Shown here: in pieces, positions 24,285-34,536 of the stretch
Layout of the letters: each line of letters opens with the position of its first letter
How positions within the stretch are numbered: the first letter of the stretch is position 1
Source: Burkholderiales bacterium
GTDB taxonomy: Bacteria; Pseudomonadota; Gammaproteobacteria; Burkholderiales; SG8-39
Length of the DNA: 64,000 nt
Assembly (NCBI GenBank): GCA_035310985.1
Contig: DATGDH010000058.1
Location: 130,028 to 194,027 of the forward strand
Reading direction: 5' to 3'
Notes under the pieces: model-generated
Seen by the model: the letters and a program-made list of their open reading frames with translations, nothing else
Databases searched by the model: none
Told to the model about the DNA's origin: nothing
Translations under genes and position numbers: made by a program

Positions 24285-26828
24285 CTACAGCGTGCGGGCG
24301 ACTTCGAGGACTTCGAACGCCTCGAACTGGTCGCCCTCCTTCAGATCACTGAAGTTCTTGAGCGAAATTCCGCACTCGAAGCCCGCCTTCACCTCGCGCA
24401 CGTCCTCCTTGAAGCGCTTCAGTGAGTCGATATCGCCGGTGTGGATGACCACGTTGTCGCGCAGCACTCGCACCTGCGCATTGCGCCGCACGATGCCTTC
24501 GAGGACGTAGCAGCCCGCCACCGCGCCGACCTTGGAGATGCGGAACACCTGGCGCACCTCGACCAGCCCGATTACCTGCTCCTTCTTCTCCGGTGCGAGC
24601 ATTCCCGAGAGCGCCGCCTTGATCTCTTCGACGGCCTCGTAAATGATGTTGTAGTAGCGGACCTCGACTCCCGCGTTCTCGATCAAGCGCCGCGCGGTCG
24701 CGTCGGCGCGCGTGTTGAAGCCGATGATGATGGCGCGCGAGGCCATCGCCAGGTTCACGTCCGATTCGGTGATTCCACCTACGCCGGCGTGTACCACGTT
24801 CACCTTCACCTCCTCGGTCGACAGGCGACTGAGCGCATGCACCATCGCCTCCTGCGAACCTTGTACGTCCGCCTTGAGCACGATCGCGAGGACCTTCTTC
24901 TCCCCTTCGCCCATCTGCTCGAACACGTTCTCGAGCTTGGCGGCCTGCTGCTTGGCGAGCTTGACATCGCGGAACTTGCCCTGGCGGAACAGCGCGATCT
25001 CGCGCGCCTTGCGTTCGTCCGTGATGACCACCATTTCCGCGCCAGCCTGCGGAACATCGGACAGGCCCTGCACCTCGACCGGGATCGACGGCCCGGCCGT
25101 TGGCGTCGGCTTGCCGTTCTCGTCGAGCATCGCGCGCACGCGCCCATAGACCTCGCCCGCTAGCACCACGTCGCCGCGGTGCAGGGTGCCGGATTGCACC
25201 AGCAGCGTCGCGACCGGCCCGCGTCCCTTGTCCAGGCGCGCTTCGATCACCGCGCCCTTGGCCGGCGTGTCCGTCGGCGCCTTGAGCTCGAGAACCTCGG
25301 CCTGCAGAAGCACCCGCTCCAGCAGATCGTCGATGCCTCGTCCGGTCTTCGCCGACACCAGCACGAACGGCGAGTCGCCGCCGTATTCCTCGGGGACCAC
25401 CCCGTGGTTTAGCAGCTCCTGCTTCACCTTGTCGGGATTGGCATCCGGCTTGTCGACCTTGTTGATCGCCACCACCAGCGGCACGCCTGCCGCCTTCGCG
25501 TGATTGATCGCTTCCAGAGTCTGCGGCATCACGCCATCGTCCGCCGCCACGACCAGGATCACGAGGTCGGTAACCTTCGCGCCGCGCGCGCGCATTGCGG
25601 TAAACGCTTCGTGGCCCGGAGTGTCGAGGAACGTGACGACGCCGCGCGGCGTCTCGACGTGATAGGCGCCGATGTGCTGGGTAATGCCCCCGGCTTCACC
25701 GGCAGCCACCTTGCTGCGCCGGATATAGTCGAGCAGCGAGGTCTTGCCGTGGTCGACGTGGCCCATGACGGTGACCACGGGCGGCCGCGCGTGCGCCTCG
25801 GCGGCATGCTCCTCGACCGCTTCGGCTAGATAGGCCTCGGGGTCTTCCAGCTTGGCCAGCTTGCCTTTGTGACCCATCTCCTCGACCACGATCATCGCCG
25901 TGTCCTGATCGAGCATCTGGTTGATGGTGGCCATGGTGCCGAGCTTCATGAGGGTCTTGATGACCTCCGCGGCCTTGACCGACATCTTGTGGGCGAGCTC
26001 GCCCACGGTGATGGTCTCGGGAACCGCGACCTCGCGCACGATCGGCTCGGTGGGCTGCGCGAAGCTCGCCTGCTCCGCGCCCGCCGCCGGACGGTGGCGC
26101 ACGCCGCCGCGCGCGTGCCAGCCTGCCACGCCGCCGCCCAGGTCGCCGCGCGTCTTGATCATGCGACGGCGCGCGGAATCGTCGCGCAGCACCGTCGTGG
26201 TCTTGACCTTCTTCGCCTTCTTCTCGGCCTTGCCCTCTTCCGCCTTGGCCTTCGGCGCGTGCAGCGTCCCTTCCGAGGGAGCCTGCGCCGCGGCCGGCGC
26301 CGCGGCTTTGCTCAACGCGGCCTGGGCTTCGCGCTCGGCCTGCTTCTGGTCGGCATCGCGCTTTTCGCGTTCCTGCTTCTCGCGTAGTTCCTGGGCCTGG
26401 ATCTCGGCGAGCTGCTGCTGCCGGCGCGCCTCGGCCTCGCGCAACTCTATTTCCCGCGCATCCAGGGTCGGCGTCGGCGCGGGCGCCGCCGCCTGCGCCG
26501 GCGCTTCCGCGGCTGCCTCGGCCGCGGACTCGTCGCGCTTCACGAACACGCGCTTCTTGCGCACCTCGACCTGAATGGTGCGCGCCTTGCCCATCGAGTC
26601 GGACTTCTTGATCTCGCTGGTCTGCTTGCGCGTCAGCGTGATCTTGTTCTTCGCCTCGGCCGAGCCGTGCGCCTTGCGCAGGTACTCGAGCAGGCGCGAC
26701 TTGTCCTGGTCGGTGAGGGAGTCCTCCGGAACGCGCTTCTCGACGCCGGCAGCCCGCAACTGCTCGAGCAGCACTGCGGGCGGAACCTTCAACTCGCTCG
26801 CAAATTGTGCGACGCTGGTCTGTGCCAC
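24285..26828 (-). CDS. infB: translation initiation factor IF-2
   Basis: GTPase motifs [19 protein letters not shown] and NKVD, plus a long charged N-terminal region. Start set to GTG 26828 (AAGGAGG is 10 nt upstream), 1 nt after the nusA stop. Confidence 0.95.
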   Translation of the reverse strand: MAQTSVAQFASELKVPPAVLLEQLRAAGVEKRVPEDSLTDQDKSRLLEYLRKAHGSAEAKNKITLTRKQTSEIKKSDSMGKARTIQVEVRKKRVFVKRDESAAEAAAEAPAQAAAPAPTPTLDAREIELREAEARRQQQLAEIQAQELREKQEREKRDADQKQAEREAQAALSKAAAPAAAQAPSEGTLHAPKAKAEEGKAEKKAKKVKTTTVLRDDSARRRMIKTRGDLGGGVAGWHARGGVRHRPAAGAEQASFAQPTEPIVREVAVPETITVGELAHKMSVKAAEVIKTLMKLGTMATINQMLDQDTAMIVVEEMGHKGKLAKLEDPEAYLAEAVEEHAAEAHARPPVVTVMGHVDHGKTSLLDYIRRSKVAAGEAGGITQHIGAYHVETPRGVVTFLDTPGHEAFTAMRARGAKVTDLVILVVAADDGVMPQTLEAINHAKAAGVPLVVAINKVDKPDANPDKVKQELLNHGVVPEEYGGDSPFVLVSAKTGRGIDDLLERVLLQAEVLELKAPTDTPAKGAVIEARLDKGRGPVATLLVQSGTLHRGDVVLAGEVYGRVRAMLDENGKPTPTAGPSIPVEVQGLSDVPQAGAEMVVITDERKAREIALFRQGKFRDVKLAKQQAAKLENVFEQMGEGEKKVLAIVLKADVQGSQEAMVHALSRLSTEEVKVNVVHAGVGGITESDVNLAMASRAIIIGFNTRADATARRLIENAGVEVRYYNIIYEAVEEIKAALSGMLAPEKKEQVIGLVEVRQVFRISKVGAVAGCYVLEGIVRRNAQVRVLRDNVVIHTGDIDSLKRFKEDVREVKAGFECGISLKNFSDLKEGDQFEAFEVLEVARTL

Positions 26829-26829
26829 G

Positions 26830-28344
26830 TTACTGGACCTCCTTGTGCTCCGTCGGCTCGCCCGCACCGGCCTCTGCGAACCAGTGCGCGCGCGCCGCCA
26901 TGATCAGGTTCTTGGCGCGCTCCTCGTCTAGCCCGCTGAGCTCCATCAGCTCGTCGCCCGCGAGGTCGGCAAGCTCGTCGCGCGTGCGCACCCCGCCCTC
27001 GGCGAGCTTGGCGGCGAGCTGGGTGTCCATGCCCTCGAGGCTAAGCAGCTGTGGATCTATTCCCTCCACCTTCTCTTCGTTGGCGATGGCAGCGACCAGC
27101 AGCGCGTTGCGCGCACGGTTGCGCAGCTCGTTCACCGTATCTTCGTCGAAGGCCTCGATCTCCAGCAGTTCGTTGATCGGCACATAGGCGACCTCCTCGA
27201 GCGTCGAGAAGCCCTCCTGGATCAGAATGTTGGCGACCTCCTCGTCGACGTCCAGGCGCTGCATGAAGAGCTCGCGCGTGCGCCCGCTCTCTTCCTGCTG
27301 CTTCTTGGAGGACTCTTCCTCGGTCATCAGGTTGATCTGCCAGCCGGTGAGCTCCGAGGCAAGGCGCACGTTCTGGCCGCTGCGCCCGATTGCTATCGCC
27401 AGGTTTTCTTCGTCGACGACCACGTCCATGGCGTGCTTTTCCTCGTCGACCACGATCGAGGTCACTTCCGCGGGCGCCAGCGCGCCGATGACGAATTGCG
27501 CGGGATCCGCGGACCACAGCACGATGTCGACGCGCTCGCCGGCCAGCTCCTGCGTAACAGCCTGCACGCGGGAGCCGCGCATGCCGACGCAAGTGCCGAT
27601 CGGATCGATCCTCTTGTCGTTCGACAACACGGCGATCTTGGCGCGAATGCCCGGGTCACGCGCAGCCGACTTGATCTCGAGCAGGCCTTCCTCGATTTCC
27701 GGTACCTCCAGCTCGAACAGCTTCATGATGAACTGGGGAGCCGTGCGCGAAAGAATGAGTTGCGGCCCGCGCGCCCCGCGATCGATCTTCATGACCCAGG
27801 CGCGCACGCGGTCGCCGACCCTAAGATTTTCCTTCGGGATCATCTGCTCGCGCGGCAGCAGCGCCTCGAGGCGGCCGGACTCGACTAGCGCGCTGCCGCG
27901 CTCCATGCGCTTCACCGTGCCGGTCACGAGCTCGTCGCCGCGCGAGAGGAAGTCGTTCAGGATTTGCTCGCGCTCGGCGTCGCGGATGCGCTGCAGGATG
28001 ACCTGCTTGGCGGTTTGCGCGCCGATGCGGCCGAACTCGATCGCCTCAAGAGGTTCTTCAATGAACTCCTCGAGCTTGATGTCGGACTTGCGCTTCTGCG
28101 CCTCCGAAAGCGCGATCTGCGCCGGCGGCAGCTCGACCGCGTCGTCGGGCACCACTTTCCACCGGCGGAAGGACTCGTAGCCGCCGGTGTTGCGATCGAT
28201 CGCGACGCGCACGTCCACGTCGTCGCTATAGCGCTTCTTGGTTGCCGAGGCGAGCGCCATCTCCAGGGCGCCGAACACGACATCCCGGTTGACGTTCTTC
28301 TCGCGTGCCAGCGCGTCTACCAGAAGCAGAAGTTCACGGCTCAT
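26830..28344 (-). CDS. nusA: transcription termination/antitermination factor NusA
   Basis: 504 aa with N-terminal domain, S1, two KH domains (…[10 protein letters not shown]…, …[12 protein letters not shown]…) and C-terminal acidic repeats. Confidence 0.95.
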   Translation of the reverse strand: MSRELLLLVDALAREKNVNRDVVFGALEMALASATKKRYSDDVDVRVAIDRNTGGYESFRRWKVVPDDAVELPPAQIALSEAQKRKSDIKLEEFIEEPLEAIEFGRIGAQTAKQVILQRIRDAEREQILNDFLSRGDELVTGTVKRMERGSALVESGRLEALLPREQMIPKENLRVGDRVRAWVMKIDRGARGPQLILSRTAPQFIMKLFELEVPEIEEGLLEIKSAARDPGIRAKIAVLSNDKRIDPIGTCVGMRGSRVQAVTQELAGERVDIVLWSADPAQFVIGALAPAEVTSIVVDEEKHAMDVVVDEENLAIAIGRSGQNVRLASELTGWQINLMTEEESSKKQQEESGRTRELFMQRLDVDEEVANILIQEGFSTLEEVAYVPINELLEIEAFDEDTVNELRNRARNALLVAAIANEEKVEGIDPQLLSLEGMDTQLAAKLAEGGVRTRDELADLAGDELMELSGLDEERAKNLIMAARAHWFAEAGAGEPTEHKEVQ

Positions 28345-28359
28345 CTCGATACTCTCCGA

Positions 28360-28794
28360 TCAAAGGTCAGGAACGAGCCTCGCCCGCTCCATGCCCGACA
28401 ATTCAAGCGCCACTGCTCGCCCATCGACGATCACGGTGGCCGCGTCACCCTGCACGCCCTGCAGCCGCCCGACAAACCTGCGCCGGCCGCTGGCGTCCGG
28501 CATTCTCATGCGCACGTCGACACGCTGGCCAGCAAAGCGCTCGAAATCCGCGGCCTTGCGCAGCGGCCGGTCCAGGCCGGGCGACGACACCTCGAGCCGC
28601 TCGTAGTCGATGCCCTCGACTTCGAGCACCCGCACGAGCTGGCGGCTCACCTCGGCGCAGTCGTCCACCGTCACTCCGCCCGCCTTGTCGATGAAGATGC
28701 GCACCAGCCGGCCGCGGCCCGACACCTGCGTGTCCACCAGGTCGTAGCCCATGCCCGTCACGACGGGCTCAACGATGCCGGCGATCGCCCCCAT
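28360..28794 (-). CDS. rimP: ribosome maturation factor RimP
   Basis: …VVTGMGYDLVD…RIFIDK.GGVTVDDCAEVSRQL…LEVSSPGLDRPL is canonical RimP. Start trimmed to ATG 28794. No clear SD. Confidence 0.85.
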   Translation of the reverse strand: MGAIAGIVEPVVTGMGYDLVDTQVSGRGRLVRIFIDKAGGVTVDDCAEVSRQLVRVLEVEGIDYERLEVSSPGLDRPLRKAADFERFAGQRVDVRMRMPDASGRRRFVGRLQGVQGDAATVIVDGRAVALELSGMERARLVPDL

Positions 28795-28818
28795 CACGTC
28801 AAATACTGTCGCGCAAAC

Positions 28819-28839
28819 AAAAAATGGGCCGAAGCCCAT
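28819..28839 (-). terminator. intrinsic terminator/attenuator hairpin between rluB and rimP
   Basis: On the minus strand: ATGGGC-TTCG-GCCCAT followed by TTTTTT. It ends only about 24 nt upstream of the rimP ATG. Confidence 0.55.
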
Positions 28840-28882
28840 CTTTTCTTGCCGGGAAGGTACCCCCGGCCTTTGAAACTGTTGA

Positions 28883-28911
28883 AGCTTAACAGATTTTCCC
28901 CGGCGAAACAA
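28883..28911 (-). promoter_or_regulatory. candidate promoter of the rimP-nusA-infB operon
   Basis: On the minus strand: TTGTTT, a 17-nt spacer, TAAGCT, located upstream of the hairpin/U-tract. Motif match only. Confidence 0.3.
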
Positions 28912-28935
28912 CGCCGTTCGGGCGCTCTGTTCAGG

Positions 28936-29739
28936 TCAGACGCGCACGCCGAGGCGCTGCATGAGCTCGCGCACCGTGGATGGTCCGAGCTCGCGCGCGC
29001 GCCCGGGCGCGAGATCCCTTGGCAGCTCGAGCGGTCCGAAGCGCGTACGCACCAGCCGGCTGACGCGCAGGCCGACCGTCTCGAACATACGCCGCACCTC
29101 GCGCTTGCGCCCTTCGCGCAGGCTCACCCGGTACCAGCGGTTGGCCGCCGCATCGGATTTATCCTCGTCCGCGCGCTCGAGCGTGGCAAAGGCTGCGGGC
29201 CCGTCGTCCAGTCTCACGCCGGTAAGCAATGCACGCCACTCTGCGGCACCGAGTTGGCCGAGGACGCGCACCAGATACTCCCGCTCGACGCCGTAGCGCG
29301 GATGCATCAGCCGATTTGCCAGCTCGCCGGAATCGGTGAATACGAGCAGGCCGGAGGTGTTCACGTCGAGCCGCCCGACCGAGGTCCATTTCCCTGCCGC
29401 AAGAGGCGGCAGGCGCGCGAACACCGACGGACGTCCACGCGGATCGCTGCGCGTGACGATCTCGCCGACCGGCTTGTGGTAGAGAAGTACCCGCGGCGGG
29501 ACCGCTGCGCGCGCGCGGCCTTGCACCGGCTCGCCGTCCAGGAAGATCACGTCCTCGGGCGTGGCGCGGTCGCCGAGGTGCGCCGTGCGCCCGGAGACCG
29601 AGACCCGCCCCTGCGCAATCCATGTCTCGATCTCCCGGCGCGAGCCGAGTCCCGCGGCCGCGAGCAGCTTCTGCAGCCGCTCGCCGCGAGCAGCTTTACC
29701 CGCCGGAGGCGGATTCGATTCGTGGCGCGGCCGGCTCAA
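28936..29739 (-). CDS. rluB: 23S rRNA pseudouridine(2605) synthase
   Basis: S4 domain (ERLQKLLAAAGLGSRREIETWIAQGRVSV) and the RsuA/RluB catalytic motif VGRLDVNTSGLLVFT. The only available start overlaps scpB by 44 nt. Confidence 0.85.
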   Translation of the reverse strand: MSRPRHESNPPPAGKAARGERLQKLLAAAGLGSRREIETWIAQGRVSVSGRTAHLGDRATPEDVIFLDGEPVQGRARAAVPPRVLLYHKPVGEIVTRSDPRGRPSVFARLPPLAAGKWTSVGRLDVNTSGLLVFTDSGELANRLMHPRYGVEREYLVRVLGQLGAAEWRALLTGVRLDDGPAAFATLERADEDKSDAAANRWYRVSLREGRKREVRRMFETVGLRVSRLVRTRFGPLELPRDLAPGRARELGPSTVRELMQRLGVRV

Positions 29740-30268
29740 GCTCCAGGGTCCTCGCGATCTCTTCCAGCGGGGGAAGCTCCTCCAGCGTGCGCAGTCCGAG
29801 GTCGTCCAGGAAGCGCTTGGTCGTGGCGTACAGCGCCGGCCGGCCCGGCGTCTCGCGGTGCCCCACGATGTCGATCCAGCCGCGATTCTCGAGCGTCTGG
29901 ATGATCTGCGCCGACACCGCCACGCCGCGAATGTCCTCGATATCGCCCCGCGTGACCGGCTGGCGGTAGGCGACGATGGCGAGCGTCTCCATCACCGCGC
30001 GCGAATACCGCGGCGCCCGCTCAGGCTGCAGGCGGTCGACGAAGGACTGGAATTCGGGCCGCGTCTGGAAGCGCCAGCCGCTCGCGAGGTTCACGAGCTC
30101 GACGGCGCGCGTACTCCATTCCTCGCGCAGCTCGCCGAGAAGCCGGCGCAGCGTATCAGCGCCAATTTCCTCGTCGAACAGCCGTTTCAGCTCGCCGAGC
30201 GAGAGCGGCTCCTGCGATGCGAGCAGCGCTGCCTCGATGACGCGCTTCACCTCAGTGGGATTCAGCAT
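29696..30268 (-). CDS. scpB: segregation and condensation protein B
   Basis: 190 aa. …ALLASQEPLSLGEL…SGWRFQTRPEF…SRAVMETLAIVAYRQPVTRGDIEDIRGV… is canonical ScpB with two winged helices. Confidence 0.85.
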   Translation of the reverse strand: MLNPTEVKRVIEAALLASQEPLSLGELKRLFDEEIGADTLRRLLGELREEWSTRAVELVNLASGWRFQTRPEFQSFVDRLQPERAPRYSRAVMETLAIVAYRQPVTRGDIEDIRGVAVSAQIIQTLENRGWIDIVGHRETPGRPALYATTKRFLDDLGLRTLEELPPLEEIARTLELEPAAPRIESASGG

Positions 30269-31064
30269 CTGACAATTTTACGTAAATCGGGGCGAAGCCT
30301 TCGGCTTGCGTGACCACGATGAGCAGCTCGCGCGCGAGCTCGAGCATGGCGAGGAAATTGACCACCAGCACGGCGACGCCGCGCGTCGGGTCGAACAGCT
30401 CCGTGAATTCGAGCACGCGATGCTCGCGCAGCCGGCGCAGGATGGCGCTCATGTGCGCGCGCACCGAAAGCTCCTCGCGCGATACCCGGTGGTGCGCTGC
30501 GAGCCGCGCACGATGAAGCAGCCTGCGCCAGGCCTCCGCCAGGTCCGGCGGGTAGACTTCCGGCAGGCGCTCGACGATCGTCTTTTCGATCCACACCGAA
30601 ACCGCCACCACCTCGCGCCCCACCTGCGGCAGCTGATCGAGCTTGAGCGCCGCCTTCTTGATCTGCTCGTACTCCAGCAACCGCCGCACCAGCTCGGCGC
30701 GCGGATCCTCTTCCTCCTCGCGCAGCGCTTGGGGGCGCGGCAGCAGCATGCGCGACTTGATCGACATCAGCACCGCCGCCATGACGAGGTACTCGGCCGC
30801 GAGCTCGAGGTTCTTGACGCGCATGATCTCGACGTACTCGAGGTACTGGCGCGTCAGGGGAGCCATCGGGATGTCGAGCACGTCGAGATTCTGCTTGCGG
30901 ATGAGGTACAGAAGCAGGTCGAGCGGCCCCTGGAACGTCTCCAGGAACACTTCGAGCGCATCGGGCGGGATGTAAAGATCCTGCGGCAGCTCGATCAACG
31001 GCTCGCCGTAGATGCGCGCGACCGGCACCGGCGTCGGGACCGTCAGCTGAACGGGATCGCTCAT
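30252..31064 (-). CDS. scpA: segregation and condensation protein A
   Basis: 270 aa. FQGPLDLLLYLIRKQNLDVLDIPMAPLTRQYLEY is the ScpA signature. Start trimmed to ATG 31064, overlapping the trpS stop by 1 nt. 17-nt overlap with scpB. Confidence 0.88.
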   Translation of the reverse strand: MSDPVQLTVPTPVPVARIYGEPLIELPQDLYIPPDALEVFLETFQGPLDLLLYLIRKQNLDVLDIPMAPLTRQYLEYVEIMRVKNLELAAEYLVMAAVLMSIKSRMLLPRPQALREEEEDPRAELVRRLLEYEQIKKAALKLDQLPQVGREVVAVSVWIEKTIVERLPEVYPPDLAEAWRRLLHRARLAAHHRVSREELSVRAHMSAILRRLREHRVLEFTELFDPTRGVAVLVVNFLAMLELARELLIVVTQAEGFAPIYVKLSDAESH

Positions 31065-32266
31065 CAGCCGTAGTCGAGCCCCATTGCCTCGCGCACGTCG
31101 CGCATGGTCTCGTTCGCCAGCTTGCGCGCCCGCTCGCATCCGTCGGCGATGATGTTCTTCACCAGCGTGGGATCGTCGCGGTAGGCCTGCGCGCGCTCGC
31201 GCATGGGCGCAAGCTCGGCCAGCACGGCCTCGATCACCGGTTGCTTGCAGTCCAGGCAACCGATGCCCGCGCTCGTGCAGCCCCGCTGCACCCACTCCTT
31301 GCGCTCGGCATCCGAATACACGAGGTGCAGCTGCCACACCGGACAGCGCTCGGGATTGCCGGGATCGCTGCGCTTCACACGCGCAGGATCGGTCGGCATG
31401 GTGCGGATCTTCCGGGTAACCGTCGCAGGCTCGTCGCGCAGTTCGATCGCGTTGCCGTACGACTTCGACATCTTCTGCCCGTCCAGTCCGGGCAAGCGTG
31501 CAGCCTCGGTGAGCAGTACTTCGGGCTCGACCAGGATCTTCTTGCCACTGCCCTCGAGCCAGCCGTACAGGCGCTCGCGGTCCCCGCGCGACAGGTTCTG
31601 TTGCTCCTCGAGCAGCGCCTGTGCGCGCTGCAAGGCTTCGGCGTCGCCCTGCTCCAGGAAACGGCTGCGCAGCTCGTTGAACAGGCGCGACTTCTTCGAG
31701 CCCATCTTCTTCACCGCAGCCTTTGCCTTGTCCTCGAAGCCTGCCTCGCGCCCGTACAGATGGTTGAAGCGGCGCGCGATCTCGCGCGTGAACTCCACGT
31801 GCGGCACCTGGTCCTCGCCCACCGGCACGTACTTCGCCCGGTAGATCAGGATGTCGGCCGACTGCAGTAGCGGGTAGCCGAGGAACCCGTAGGTCGACAG
31901 GTCCCGGTCGGTGAGCCTTTCCTGCTGGTCCTTGTAGGTCGGCACGCGCTCCAGCCAGCCGAGCGGCGTCATCATGGAAAGCAGGAGGTGCAGCTCGGCG
32001 TGCTCCGGCACGAGCGACTGCACGAACAGCGTCGCCTGCGTCGGATCGACGCCCGCCGCGAGCCAGTCGACCACCATCTCCCAGCCGTTCCTTTGCACGT
32101 GGTCGGGCGTCTCGTAGTCGGTGGTCAGCGCGTGCCAGTCGGCTACGAAGAACAGGCACGGGTATTCGGCCTGCAGGCGGATCCAGTTCTTCAGCACGCC
32201 ATGGTAGTGCCCGAGGTGCAGGGCCCCGGTCGGCCTCATGCCCGACAGCACGCGCGTTTCGTACAT
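31064..32266 (-). CDS. trpS: tryptophan--tRNA ligase (long ~400-aa form)
   Basis: Class I HIGH (TGALHLGHYHG) and KMSKS (KMSKSYGN) motifs. Start trimmed to ATG 32266. Confidence 0.92.
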   Translation of the reverse strand: MYETRVLSGMRPTGALHLGHYHGVLKNWIRLQAEYPCLFFVADWHALTTDYETPDHVQRNGWEMVVDWLAAGVDPTQATLFVQSLVPEHAELHLLLSMMTPLGWLERVPTYKDQQERLTDRDLSTYGFLGYPLLQSADILIYRAKYVPVGEDQVPHVEFTREIARRFNHLYGREAGFEDKAKAAVKKMGSKKSRLFNELRSRFLEQGDAEALQRAQALLEEQQNLSRGDRERLYGWLEGSGKKILVEPEVLLTEAARLPGLDGQKMSKSYGNAIELRDEPATVTRKIRTMPTDPARVKRSDPGNPERCPVWQLHLVYSDAERKEWVQRGCTSAGIGCLDCKQPVIEAVLAELAPMRERAQAYRDDPTLVKNIIADGCERARKLANETMRDVREAMGLDYG

Positions 32267-32274
32267 TGCGCGCC

Positions 32275-33003
32275 CTAGAGCAGCACGAAGGCGCGGATCA
32301 GCGCCTCCGTTTCGTTGAACAACGGAGCGAGGACGCTTCCCAGCACATTGGTGAACAGCAGCAGCAGGACGATCGGCAATCCCCACGGCTCGATGCGTGC
32401 GAACTGCCACGCCGCGCCGCGCGGCAGCAGGCCGGTCACGATCCGTCCGCCGTCGAGCGGCGGGATCGGAAGCAGGTTGAGCAGCATCAGGACCACGTTC
32501 ACCAGGACTCCCGCGGCGCCAACGCCGATGAGAAATTCGGCGGGGCCGTTGCCTTGGCGCAGCACAACCTCGACCAGGCCGGCAATGCCGTAGTGCTTCA
32601 GCACCGCGAGCCACGCCTCGCTGCGCGCGCTAAACGACACCCCGACGCGCAGGAGCACCGCCCATCCCAGCGCCATCAGCAGGTTGGCCGCCGGCCCTGC
32701 GGCGGCCACCCAGGCCATGTGCTGCTTGGGTCGCCGCAACGCGGAGTAGTTGACCGGTACGGGCTTCGCCCAGCCGAACAGGAACTTTCCGCCCGACACG
32801 AGCAGGATCAGCAAAGGCGCCACGATGGTCCCGAGCAGGTCGACGTGCCGCAGTGGATTCAGGCTGATGCGGCCCTGCGCGTACGCGGTCATGTCTCCGA
32901 AGTGGCGCGCGACGTAGCCGTGCGCCGCCTCGTGCAGCGTAATCGCGAGGAGCACAGGGAGGGCGTAGACGGCGATTGTTTGTACGAGGTGGGAGACGTC
33001 CAT
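32275..33003 (-). CDS. site-2 protease (peptidase M50) family membrane protein
   Basis: HExxH (LHEAAHGYV) in the first TM region, several hydrophobic helices and an NLLPIPPLDGG motif. Confidence 0.8.
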   Translation of the reverse strand: MDVSHLVQTIAVYALPVLLAITLHEAAHGYVARHFGDMTAYAQGRISLNPLRHVDLLGTIVAPLLILLVSGGKFLFGWAKPVPVNYSALRRPKQHMAWVAAAGPAANLLMALGWAVLLRVGVSFSARSEAWLAVLKHYGIAGLVEVVLRQGNGPAEFLIGVGAAGVLVNVVLMLLNLLPIPPLDGGRIVTGLLPRGAAWQFARIEPWGLPIVLLLLFTNVLGSVLAPLFNETEALIRAFVLL

Positions 33004-33065
33004 CGACGCGCCATGACAAAGCGCTCAATTCTAGCAGACGGCCCGCGCGCAGCCGTCGTTTCGTC

Positions 33066-33701
33066 TCAGCCCGTCACGGTCACGCCGATCGCCTCGAGCG
33101 GGCCGCGCCCCTTGCGCAGCACCACCGGCTCATCCGCCGAGAGGTCGATCACGGTGGTCGGCTCGATGCCGCAAGGCCCGGAGTCGAGCATGAGGTCGAG
33201 CTCGTGCTCGAGGCGCGCGCGCACGTCGCCCAGTTCCGACGGCGGGCTCGCGTCGCCCGGGAGTGCCAGCGTCGCCGAGAGCATCGGCTCGTTCAGCTCG
33301 GCAAGGAGCGCCTGTGCCACCGCATGCGCCGGCACGCGCACGCCGATCGTCTTGCGCTTGGGGTGCATGAGGCGCCTGGGCACCTCGCGCGTCGCACGCA
33401 GGATGAAGGTGTAGCTGCCCGGGGTGGCCGCCTTCAGCAATCGGTACTGCACGTTGTCGACGATCGCATAGGTCGCGATCTCCGACAGGTCCCGGCATAC
33501 GAGCGTCAGGTGGTGCCGTTCGTCCACGCCGCGCACGCGCCTCAGGTGCTCGAGCGCCTTGGCGTCGCCCAGATGGCAGCCGAGCGCGTAGCAGGAGTCC
33601 GTGGGGTACGCGATCAGACCGCCCTGCCGAACGATGTCCGCGGCCTTGCGCACTAGGCGCAGCTGCGGATGCGTGGGGTGAACGGTGAAATACTGCGCCA
33701 C
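33066..33701 (-). CDS. yciO: YciO-family (TsaC/Sua5/YrdC-fold) protein
   Basis: Collinear with E. coli YciO: …IAYPTDSCYALGC…HHLTLVCRDLSEIATYA.VDN..YRLLK..TPGSYTFIL.AT.EVPRRL…KRKTIGVRVP…PTTVIDL. GTG start at 33701, 4 nt after the yciV stop. Confidence 0.85.
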   Translation of the reverse strand: MAQYFTVHPTHPQLRLVRKAADIVRQGGLIAYPTDSCYALGCHLGDAKALEHLRRVRGVDERHHLTLVCRDLSEIATYAIVDNVQYRLLKAATPGSYTFILRATREVPRRLMHPKRKTIGVRVPAHAVAQALLAELNEPMLSATLALPGDASPPSELGDVRARLEHELDLMLDSGPCGIEPTTVIDLSADEPVVLRKGRGPLEAIGVTVTG

Positions 33702-33705
33702 GCGC

Positions 33706-34536
33706 TCAGGTCTCCCAGTCGCGCCATACCGGGCGCAGCCGCGCGTCCAATTGCGGCAGCGACCCGAGCTCAGCGCCTTCCCCCGGCGCGTGAAAGTCGG
33801 AGCCGCGCGAAGCCGCCAGGCCGTGCTTCGTCGCGAGTGCGCCGTAGAGTGCGTACTGGTCCGACGTATGGCTGCCGCAGACCACTTCCAGCCCCGCGCC
33901 CCCGCCGGCGCAAAATTCGACCAGCAGGCCGTCCATCGCTCCGGCCGACAACGCGTAGCGACCCGGGTGCGCGAGCACCGCCTGTCCGCCCGCGGCCCGG
34001 ATCCAGCCGAGCGCATCACCGAGCGTCGCCCAGCGGTGGGGAACGTAGCCCGGTTTCCCCGGCACCAGGTATTTCCTGAATACCTCGCGCACGTTGGCGG
34101 CGACCCCGACCTCCACCAGATGGCGTGCGAAGTGCGTGCGGCTCACGAGCGCCGGATTGTCCGCGTGGCGCAGCGCGCCCTCCAGGGTGCCGTGGATGCC
34201 CGCGTCTGCCAGCGCCTGCGCCATCGTGCGCGCACGCTCGGGGCGCCCGGCGCGCACCGCGCGCAGGGCCGCGGCGAGCGCGGTATTGCCCGGATCGACG
34301 CGCAGCCCGAGCACGTGCAGCGTAAGCCCGCGCCAGCTCACCGAAATCTCGACGCCGTCGATCAGCTCGAGCGGCAGCGTGCGCGCGGCCGCGCGCGCCT
34401 CCGCGAGCCCCTCTAGCTGGTCGTGGTCGGTCAGCGCGAGCACGTCGACGCCCCGCTCCGCCGCGCGCCGCACCAGCGCCGCGGGCGAAAGCGTGCCGTC
34501 CGAGGCGCTCGAGTGGCAATGCAGATCGATGTTCAT
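33706..34536 (-). CDS. yciV: PHP-domain phosphoesterase, YciV/TrpH (RNase AM) family
   Basis: DLHCHSSASDG…LALTDHD…GVEIS…VFRKYLVPGKPGYVP…AVLAHPGRY…GSDFH matches the E. coli YciV layout. The yciV-yciO pairing is as in E. coli. Confidence 0.85.
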   Translation of the reverse strand: MNIDLHCHSSASDGTLSPAALVRRAAERGVDVLALTDHDQLEGLAEARAAARTLPLELIDGVEISVSWRGLTLHVLGLRVDPGNTALAAALRAVRAGRPERARTMAQALADAGIHGTLEGALRHADNPALVSRTHFARHLVEVGVAANVREVFRKYLVPGKPGYVPHRWATLGDALGWIRAAGGQAVLAHPGRYALSAGAMDGLLVEFCAGGGAGLEVVCGSHTSDQYALYGALATKHGLAASRGSDFHAPGEGAELGSLPQLDARLRPVWRDWET

